DNA of 63,992 nucleotides, filler included, from Reclinomonas americana ATCC 50394 (Eukaryota): NCBI GenBank assembly GCA_048213135.1. It is 14 parts of 14 records of this genome, joined end to end, with 100 filler letters (N's around TTAATTAATTAA, not from the genome) between each part and the next. Parts side by side here need not be neighbours in the genome. Positions count along the whole stretch, not along the records: positions 53,919 to 56,927 come from AFZH01021299.1; positions 57,028 to 63,992 come from AFZH01021300.1; 12 more parts are not named here. One strand, 5' to 3'. Shown piece by piece: positions 54,400 to 63,992 of this stretch (position 1 is its first letter; each line of letters starts with the position of its first letter). The notes under the pieces were generated by a model. It saw only the letters and a program-made list of their open reading frames with translations, ran no database searches and was not told where the DNA came from. The position numbers and the translations under genes were made by a program.

Positions 54400-55660
54400 A
54401 AAGACTGCGACATCTCAGTTGGCAGGCGAATCCAACGGCGACGTCATGTCGGGTGTCGCGATGCCGAGACCCGACGACACGGCGGCGCGCAGCGCTGGAG
54501 ACATGGGCCGTGGGAGTCCGTGGTGGCTGTTCACCGGAGACTGCATGCAGGTGCGCACGCACGTGAGAAAAATGGCATCCACAACTCACCCGTGTCATCA
54601 AGAGACGCACCCAACACTGCTCGTCGTCATCGTGGCCCGACCCATCCATGCTGTCCTGTCGAACATTGGCAAACTTGAGGACCAGCTGACCTGCAGCTGT
54701 GGTGGGATCCGGCTTTGACGGCGTCTTATCTTTCGGCTCGGGTGTTGCCGGGCGCAGCTTGGTCGCTCCGGCCAGCAAGTCAGTGGTCAGAGGCTGGCGC
54801 AAGCGGGTTCAGCGTGGTGTGATAAGAACAAGGCGGTGAGAGAGAGAGACACGCACCGTAAACGAGGCGCGTCGTGGAGTGGTACTTCCGTCACCGCTGC
54901 CATTTCCCGCTGCCCTGGGCGGCGATGGTGGCGCATGAGGTGGGGGTGGTGGCGGCGGAGGTCCTGGCGGCGGCGGTGGTGGAGGTGGTGGTGGTGGTGG
55001 CGGTGGCGCTGACGACGAGTTGCCAGTGTTGATCGGCGCCGGAGGGGCGCCAGGGAAGCCAGGCGGCGGCACACCCGCTGGAGGTGTGCGACGGAAGGCC
55101 GACGGTCCAGCAGTGCCTATTTGTGGTGACTCGACATCCTCGTCGGGAACACGCATGGTCACGGCTGTTCCCTTGCGCGCGAGAGTAGAAGGCATCTGCA
55201 GCTGTGGAATGAGAGTGAGTAGAAGAAGCAGAGGCAGGGAAGTGTCTCCTCCTGAGAAGGAGCACGGAACTGCAGGCTGTGCAGACGAGTCAGCACCAAT
55301 ACACACTTCCATGACACAGACACGATACGCACCACCTTACGCGGCGATGGGTCGCAGGATGAGCCGCCGGATTGTGACGAGAACTCCTCCATATCCTCGG
55401 AGTGCGCGTGGCCCATGTGCACCTGCGAAACATTGTCACGCAATATCGACACCGGACAACACACATGAAGGGAAAAAACGAAACTGCAGGCGCCAACGCC
55501 TTCTGTGACAAACGCACACACATGCATACAGTCAAACATGTGGCGAGCGATAACGAGGTCGACAAGCACACGTACCGACGACGATGCGTCGACACGGAAC
55601 GAGTCAAACGCGATCGTCTTCTTGTCCAGTCCGTGATGCACCGTTGATTCCACAGGCTGC
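54400..55660 (-). CDS. Multi-exon poly-proline protein with a WH2-like motif (ends uncertain)
   Basis: Exons ending ..DASSS and ..DPSPRK, a long poly-Pro exon, then PLTTDLLAGATKLRPA. Confidence 0.5.
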
Positions 55661-55688
55661 GCGGAGATCAAGAGGGTGGTAAGAGAAA

Positions 55689-56090
55689 GGCGACGACGAA
55701 TAGAAGCAGACAAAGGCGCGGATTGCATGAATGCCTATCTCTCCCAGCTACAAGCAAGAGGGGGAGCGCTGAGAGTGGCAGGGGAGGAGGACGAGGAGGG
55801 CGACGACGAATAGAAGCAGGCGAAGGCGCGTATCGCATGAATGCCTATCTCTCCCAGCTACAAGCAAGAGGGGGAGCGATGAGAGTGGTAGGGGAGGAGG
55901 AGGAGGAGGGCGACGACGAATAGAAGTAGGCAAATGCGCGGATCGCATGAATGCCTATCTCTTCCAGCTACAAGCAAGAGGGTGAGCGATGAGAGTGGTA
56001 GGGGAGGAGGAGGAGGAGGAGAGCCAACGAAGAACAGAAGCAGGCGAAGGCGCGGATCGCATGAATACCTATCTTTTCCAGCTACAAGCA
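55689..56090. repeat. 110-bp tandem repeat, about 3.6 copies
   Basis: Units begin at 55689, 55799, 55909 and about 56021. Core GCATGAATGCCTATCTCTCCCAGCTACAAGCAAGAGGG. Confidence 0.92.
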
Positions 56091-56820
56091 CCAGGCTCTC
56101 TTTCCCTTCGGACAGGACAGATCAACAACGCTCAAAGGGTAAGTTGATCTCTCACACCCTTGCAGCACAGCGCCATAGCAGAAAGCGCACATGGACTGGC
56201 AAGGGAAGGATCATCATCTGCAAAAACTGTTGATCTCACGATACACATGGCTGATCACTCTGTGCCTCTTTTCCTAACCCGCCTCTCTCTCACGCACTAT
56301 CGTCAGCTGTTCGCCAACACAGAAAGCTCGACGGCTCTCTCCCCCTCGTCTCTCACAATCGCAGATCAAGCACTCTCCTCCGATCTCCCTTCTCAGTAAC
56401 CCAATCGCTCTCCCCTTCGCAGCAAGACGCCACAGATCAAGGGCGCCAAGCACAATCACTCCCATCTCTACTCTCAGCTGCCTTCACAATCGCTCAATCG
56501 CCCTCCCACTCAGTTTCCCTTCGCCAGCCAAGACGCCACAGAAGAAGGCCCCAACACCCCAAGCACAATCACCTCCCACCTGCCTTCACGATCAACTCGA
56601 TCGCTCTCCCACTCCATCATCCCATGTAGCACCACGCACAATCACTCACCCATCGCTCTCTCTTTCACTCTCTCTCTCCTCTATCACACCCAATCGCTCA
56701 GTCGCTCCCCCACTCCATCACCACCATGTTGCAAGGCGTCACAGGCAAAGACAGTAAGCACGAAGACTCAAAATCACTCACTCCAGAGTCACGCAATCGC
56801 TCTCTCTCTCTGTCTCTCTC

Positions 56821-56904
<84 letters not shown>

Positions 56905-57109
56905 CTACTCGTACACCGACTACCACCNNNNNNNNNNNNNNNNNNNNNNNNNNNNNNNNNNNNNNNNNNNNTTAATTAATTAANNNNNNNNNNNNNNNNN
57001 NNNNNNNNNNNNNNNNNNNNNNNNNNNCGAACGAACGAACGTAACGTAACGACGAACGAACGTAACTAAACTAACTAACTACTACCTACCTACCACGTAC
57101 GTACGCCAC

Positions 57110-57188
<79 letters not shown>

Positions 57189-57311
57189 GCTCTTCCACTC
57201 CATCACACCTCCTGCACCAAGCAGACATCAAGCGCACAAGCGCTCACTCTCCTCCCATCTTGACAATCTCCCGCTCACTCTCCCCTCCCGTCCCCCTCTC
57301 CACCCACACAC

Positions 57312-57626
57312 CTTCAACCACCCCTCCAACTTCAACGTGCGAATCTGTCTCGGCCCAGCAGCAGCCAACACAGCAGACGATGACGACGATGACGACTCCA
57401 CAATCACAGTCGCAGCAGAAGCAGAAGAAGACACGAGTGGCGCACCCGGCGTGCTTCCCACTATCCCACTCTGCTGTTGTTGCTGTTGTTGGTGGTGTTG
57501 CATCTGAAGTGCGGTCTTGAGAGTGGTGACGGCATCGGTGAGCGCCACCACCAGTTGCTTCATGTCCTCGGGCGGTGGCGCGAGCCCCGACTCGGGTTGC
57601 TTGTCTTTGGAGGGACCGCACCCCAT
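57312..57626 (-). CDS. First exon of a predicted dual-acylated protein, possibly leading into a PH domain
   Basis: Starts MGCGPSK and ends KLEGWLK before a GTGTGT donor. EGWLxK is the typical first PH-domain strand. Confidence 0.6.
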
Positions 57627-58894
57627 GGAGTCGTGTGTGTGTGTCACACTGAGGCGCGCAAGGACGGAGGGTTTGTGTGCTCGCGAACGGATATCGTGCG
57701 GTCGGTGGCGGTGCGCGACTCTCGGTTTTTGTTTGTGTTGTTTGTTCATGATAGTGGTTGGGAAAGTGTCCTTAGGTGCTGTGGTGGAGGATGCCTTATG
57801 CACGCCCACAATTCATTCACCCCAGGTCGCGCACAAAACATCGATCGCGCTGCGCGATCGCGAAATAACTGTATACGTACATGTATATGGCATTGACCAA
57901 CAAACAGCGCAGCGCTAGCAACAGCTGTCTTGATGACCAAGCGACACAAACGATCGTATACGTAAAGCGTCAACCAGTGATCAGTGAGAGCAAACGGGCT
58001 GCCAACGTGGAGGCGCGGGACATCGCCTGCAGATGCATAATTGCTGTATGGTTCACAGCAACATGGATGTCAATCCCGACGTCATGATCATCAGCGAGAC
58101 TTGTCGGCGATCACTGGTAGATGCTCATTGTTGTGTATGGATCAGTGAAGTTTCTATTATTATTATGCAGCCCACACCACTGTAGGCCACCGTGATCGCT
58201 GGCTGCACTGTGTATCACGGCATCAACCTCACCGCTCTTCCTCAATAGCCACAGTACAGAGTTGACGTGCCCGCTATCAGAGAGGTCCGAGTTCACCTGC
58301 CTGCTCTTCATCTCCGCCAGCGTCTACGACCACAGTATTCGATGCTCTCCTCTCCCCTCCAGCAGCGTCCAGGTGGTGGAGTTGACGTGCCCGCTATAAC
58401 CTCATCTCCATCTAGACAGAAGCGAAACCAATACGGTGAGGGCACGAGTCCACAACCTCGTGCGCTTCCATTCTGTTGCGACTCCTCGCGATCGTCTACG
58501 ACCTCAGAGAGGCCCCTGCACTCGAGCTCAAGCGAGAGTCTCAGTGTACATGTCTACGGGTTGAGGTTCGCTGGAGCTGCTCTCCTGCTCCCATCTGAGA
58601 GTTGTCGCGTCGGCTCAGCAGCGACTCTCCCATCTGTGACCTCAGAGAGGTCCGAGTTCGGCTGGCGTGCACTCCAAAGAGAGCCACAGTGTCCACGAAT
58701 TCAGTTCGCGTGTTCGTCACTCGCAAAGTTCGACGGCAGGGTCGCTGCAGCTGCTCTCCTCTCCCCGTCTGTGCATGCTCGATTCTCTTCCATTCTGCAC
58801 ATGTTCACCAGCGACTCCCCATCTTGAGAATCCGAGTTGAAGCACAACAAGAGTCACCGTGTCCTCGACTCCTCTTCTCCCAAGCTTCTTTCCC

Positions 58895-61275
58895 TCACTC
58901 CTCGTCCGGAAACACCCTCATGAGCTCCTCCGCCTGCCTCTGCGTGCTCACTCGGTGCAGACGAATGCTCTCGTCCGTCAGCGGCGCCACAAACATTGAC
59001 GCACGCGTGTCGGCATCGTGGAAACGCATGTCCGACGCCAAATGCAGCGGCACATCACCTTTCGCAAACGCCCACGCCATGTTACAGTCCTCGCCACCGA
59101 TCTGATCAATGGCCGACACCGAGGTGGAGCGACGCCACCACGCCACCAGATCCCACGAGAGGAGGTACATGGCGCCGACCGGAAACTCAAACACCACCCG
59201 CCCACGAAACCCCATCAGTGTCGCGCCCCACATCAGTCGCTGCCGCGGCAATCGCCGCAACTCGCGCTCCATTTTCACCGTGCGCAGAAACACGTCCATG
59301 TCCACTCGCCCCACGTACCGCAGCAGCGAGGACGGCGACGCACTGCCGTACACGTCGTGCACGTGAGAGAACCACGCGCGGTTCTTGCTCAGGTTGATGT
59401 TGTCGCGAATGTCAAGAAACACCATGTCACCAAACTGCGCAGCCTCCTTGTGCACCATTGTCGCCACCTCGCGTGATCGTGGGCGGGCCAGCACAAACAG
59501 AACCTGCACCGTACCGCGACGATTGCTCCGTGCGTCGTACACGTTGTGGTAGCGCATCCACGAGCGGCGCAGTCTGTCGCGAGACATCCTGTCGACATCG
59601 GTGCACAGCGCACCCAGGAGAGTGTGAACACGTGAGCCGAGTGGCGGTGGCGGGTGGGCGCGCACAAAGCGGGAGCCCCACACCGAGTTGCCGTGCAGCG
59701 GCGGCTCCCCGCGGCCCGAGCTGATGCCGCTGGTCAATCCGTAACTCATGCGGCAGCTGAACGGCAGCGTGCGGCGATCGTGTGGCGGCTCAAACGGCCC
59801 GGGGAGTCGCAGCGACACATGCTCATCAACAGCTGTCGGTTCGTCGTCATCCCATTCCGGTGGAGGTGGCCGCGGAGGCGGCAGGAAACGAAGATGTGTG
59901 AACCGCGGTGCCTGCACGACGGCGCGCGATGGGTGAGAGTGGGTGGAGCGCTATGCAGGAGAAGGAACACAAAATCAATCACCCACCCGCAAGTACGGCG
60001 CCACCATCTGTTCGACAACAATCGGTGAGAGACGATGAGCGAGCAGCAGTGCACACGACGACCACACCACACCTCTGGGTTCTCGTCCATGAAGGAGACG
60101 GCGGAGCGCCAGTCCTCGGCTCCAGTGCGAAAAAAGCGCACACCCATCGACGGCCACTCGTCCTCCATGGTCGCATCTGCACACAACAAACCGAATAAGC
60201 GGCAGACAGTACGCTCGCCGTGCGTCCCCGCGCGCCGACACTCACGCACCGCACTTGTATCTGTCAACCAGCGGAATCGTGAAAACGAACTCGGCATCGC
60301 TGTACGGCAAGCCCGGAACGACGAGACGCCAGCCCTTGCGCAGCAGCTCGACACGCGAGAGCGAGAAATCCACGTCGGCTGGCTGCGCACAGACATGCAC
60401 TGAGTGGACCACACAGCTGGGAGTGAGGGTGGGCAAAGCCACACGAACTTCCGGCTGTCGTGCATCGATCTGCTGTCGCATCGCCAGCGCCATGGCCGGC
60501 ACCAACTCGCTCTCGAGTTCGTGTTTCGCAACAAACTCAGCCGCTGCTCCACAGTCGACAAGGGAGTGAGCACGGTGAACTCTCAGTGTACAGCACACAC
60601 GCACGCATGCACACCAACACTGTCGGCATTGCTGCCGTTGGCGGCGACAGAAAACGTAAAGAGACGACCTCGCAACACGAGCGCTACTCTTCGTTGATCC
60701 GCGCTCGCCTCCTCCTCCTCTGTCTCACGTGCCTGCTTGCAGCGGAATCGTGAGACACAGCGTGACTAATGGAGAGAGAGACACAGACACACCGTCGTTG
60801 ACACAAAAGATACAAACCGCGGACGCACGTGTTTCCCACACGGCCACAGTCCGTCTCGTGTCATTGCCACGCGAACTTGCTTGACAACGAACACCATGTC
60901 CTGCTTGCTGAGTGAGTGGCGGGGCATCCTGAGCTGCTCCACTGCAGCCTCCACTGGGGAGCAACGTAGAGATGAGCGATGTGGGACATACTGCTTGCAT
61001 CTTTCCGCGCACAAACCTGCATGTGTGAGTGATCTTATCGTCGGCTCGCTCCAAGAGACTCGCAAAGGCGCCACGAGCTCGCTGGCTTTCGGATTGGGAT
61101 GCCACAGATGATGCGGAACGATGATGTGCGTGGCGCCAAATCGACGCGCCCACTCAAAGTCGTCCTCGTCTTCACTAGCAGTCTCTTGTGTGCTGTGGAC
61201 ACACACAGAGAGGAGGAGGAGGAAGAGGAGGAGGAGGAGGAGCGCCAACAACGATGTGTGGCGACACACAGACAT
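58895..61275 (-). CDS. GT31 (Galactosyl_T) glycosyltransferase, paralog 1, with long N-terminal extension
   Basis: Signal/anchor. The last exon has RDRLRRSW, VLFVLA, EAAQFGDMVFLD..DN..K, YVGRVDMDVFL (DxD), GAMYLLSWDLV and GEDC. Confidence 0.88.
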
Positions 61276-61561
61276 CAACAATGACACAATGCGTGTCCGC
61301 CCAGGAAGCTGCGACGTTCTGTGCGATGAGAAGTCCAACTTCAGCGACACACTGCAGTCGCGCAGCGATACGCTGACTTGCTGGCTGGTTTCGTCAAAAC
61401 CAAAAAAACCAATCATTGCCACAAGTGATAGCTGCAGTTGTTCATTGTACGTCGCGCAAGTCCAGTTCCTGCGCCTCTGCACCATCGATCATCACTCTTA
61501 TCGACTCGCCACCAGTCGCGATGATTCCGTGCCAGGTCACCGTTTCCCCGCGCGCACATCG

Positions 61562-63992
61562 TCACATCAGCGCATCGTCTTTTGTCTCGCAAGAGGTGCG
61601 GTGCAGGCTGATGCTCTCGTCGCTCAGCGGCTCGACATAGTAGGCCTTGCGTCGCTGGGCCAGGTCGTGAAAGCGCACATCGTGGCCCAGATGGAGCGGG
61701 ATGGCGCCCTTCACAAACATCCACGAGAGACAACAGTCGTCCGGGCCAACCTGGTCAATGGCCGAGGTGGACGTGGCGCGACGCAGCCAACCCACCAGGT
61801 CCCACGACAGCACCAGTGTCTGCCCACGCATGAACTCGTATATCATGCGACCGCGGAAGCCGCTGATGCCAATTCCCCACAGCAGTCGCTCGTGCGGCAG
61901 GCGCATCAGCTCCCTCTCCAGCTTCTCCGTGCGCACAAAGGCATCCGTGTCCGCACGTGCGACGTAGCGCAACTGCTGCGCACCACCGTACGTGTCATGT
62001 ACAAACAAGAGCCACTGGTGGTTCTTTCCTCGATTGACGTTGTCGAGCACGTCGAGGAACACCAGGTCTCCGTGCGCCGCCGACTCGTTGTGCAGTGTGC
62101 GTGCGACGGCAGCGGTTTGCGGTCGCGCCATCACAAACACGATTTGCACGGTGCCAGTCGGGTTGCGTGTCGGGTGATAGACGTTACTGTACCGCATCCA
62201 GGTCCTGCGGATGCAGTTGCGCGCTGCCGTATTCGCGTCGCCGCTGAGAACGCCGAGCAGAATGATCACGTTTTCGCCCAGCGGCGGTGGCGGATGAGCG
62301 CGAATGAAGCGCGAGCCACACACTGCACACTGCGATGCAGTCGGTTCTCCGCGGCCTGTCTCTGACGCGAAGCCGTCCGACACCCTACACGGGAAGGGAC
62401 GCGATCGCGGGAAGTGCGGTGGCTCAAACGGGCCCGGCAAGCGCATCGAGGGCATCTCGTCAGAGTAGGACTGCCCCCAAGCGGGTGGCGGTGGAAGGGG
62501 AGGTGGCATGAAGCGTTCTTGGGTGGACACTGGGGGCTGTGAAGAGAGAGACGGAAGTGGAGTGAGGCTTATGGCTGACACTTGAGAGAGGGTATGTGTA
62601 ACGAGCGTAACTCGAAAGTACTGCGCCACGATCTGCGCATTATACGAGCAGGATCAGTGAGTGGCGCGCACATGCACACAAGCACATTCACAGCCACATA
62701 CTCGTTCACTTTCTCGCTCACTTACTCGCTCTCTGTCTCTCTCTCTCACACACACAAGAACTCACGTGCTAAAAGCCAATCACATCTTCTGTCTGTCGTT
62801 CCCTTATCTGCACTTTCTCCCACCTTTCTTCCTCATTTCTCCTCTCCGATCTCTGTTCTCTGTTCTGCCCTCCCTGCTTCCTCGCCCTTTCTTTTCCTGT
62901 CTCCCTTCCACCATCTGCTGTTCCCCTTCTTCTTCCTTCCTCATTCCACTCTGCCCTCCGTTCTCTGTTCTCCGTTCTGCCCTCCCTGCCTCCTCGCCGT
63001 TAATTTTTGCTGTTCTCGTCTGCCATTCCACCGTCTCCCTTCTGCCATCTGCCGTTCCATTTTTCCATCTCCCTCACATCCTTCTGCCCTCCCTCCTTTC
63101 TGTCTTCCTTCCTTCTCTCTCTGCTATCCCTCCACTTGTGCCCTCCCTCCTCTCTCTCTCTCTCACACTTGTCTCTTCCTTCACTCCTCCCTTCCCCTCT
63201 CTCCCTTTTCCCATCCTCCCTCCCTCCCTCTGCCTTTCCCCATCCTTCCCCTCCTCTCTCTTCTGCCCTCCCTTCTACCCTTCGTCCTCCCTCCCTCCCT
63301 TCCCCTCTCTCCCTTTTCCCATCCTCCCTCCCTCCCTCTGCCTTTCCCTTTCCTTCCCCTCCTCTCCCTTCTACCCTTCGTCCTTTCTCCCTCCCTTCTC
63401 CTTCGTACCCTCCCTCCCTCCCTCTCCCTTCACCTCTCCCCCCTCTGCTCTCCCTTCTCCTTTCCCTCACCTCGGGATGCTCGCGGATATAGGCGGCTGT
63501 GCGCGGCAGGTAGCCCTCTGTATCTGGCGGCGCTCCCGAGTACGTTCTGTCGGAGGTGTACAGCGACGGGTAGTACGGATTGACGGGTGGATCTGCGTCG
63601 ACGAAGTCAGTCAGTCAGCAGCACAGAAGAGACTCGCGCACTCCGCGCACCAAACATGTCGACACCGGGCATCGCGTACTGATAATGCCAGCTGTTGTTG
63701 AACGGAAGCCCAGGGACCTCGAGTCGAAACCCCTTTTGCACGTACTCCAAGCGCTGCTTCGTCCAGTCCACAGGCGGCAGCTGCAAAACATCGTCAAACA
63801 CCGCACACACATGCCTCACCTCCTCCTGCACACCCTCTACCCTCTCACCTCCTGCTGCATCTCCAGCTGCTTGCGCATCGCCATTCCCATGGCCGGCACC
63901 AGCTCGTCGCCCAAGTTCTGCTCGGCGACAAACTTGGCCGCTGCCCACAAAGAGGATCAGCGTCTCACACCGCACGTGCCAGACACACACTA
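61562..63992 (-). CDS. GT31 glycosyltransferase, paralog 2 (5' end outside window)
   Basis: RNCIRRTW, ESAAHGDLVFLDVLDNVNRGK, YVARADTDAFV, LVLSWDLV and PDDC. Colinear with paralog 1, including upstream exons. Confidence 0.88.

Overview
Gene-dense, GC-rich nuclear DNA of a eukaryote, probably a flagellated protist (it has BBS1 and NudE plus mitochondrial GatB, MTFP1 and L2HGDH). The window is 14 contigs joined by 13 artificial 100-nt spacers (N44-TTAATTAATTAA-N44), and some contig ends carry TACG-type noise typical of 454 reads. About 26 genes were placed by hand, most with many short (about 55-90 nt) spliceosomal introns, so the long six-frame ORFs are mostly misleading. Recognisable genes: serine carboxypeptidase S10, JTB-like, PDI/thioredoxin-like, DEDDh exonuclease, a large protein with a DUF3990-like ADP-ribosyltransferase-fold domain, a run of four glycosyltransferase-like genes plus a bacterial-type GNAT, MTFP1, RUVBL2, TRPC4AP, SFT2, DCC1-like, NudE, GatB, PIG-H, BBS1, L2HGDH and two tandem GT31 genes. 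Main observations: (1) an abundant second class of 5' splice site, GTTGCGT, which is the normal GTGCGT shifted by one nucleotide; (2) a candidate furanoside-glycan gene cluster; (3) a small PFU-like module shared by unrelated secretory enzymes; (4) an ART-fold gene next to an exonuclease. All family calls come from motif recognition by eye, with no database search, and many 5' ends are approximate.
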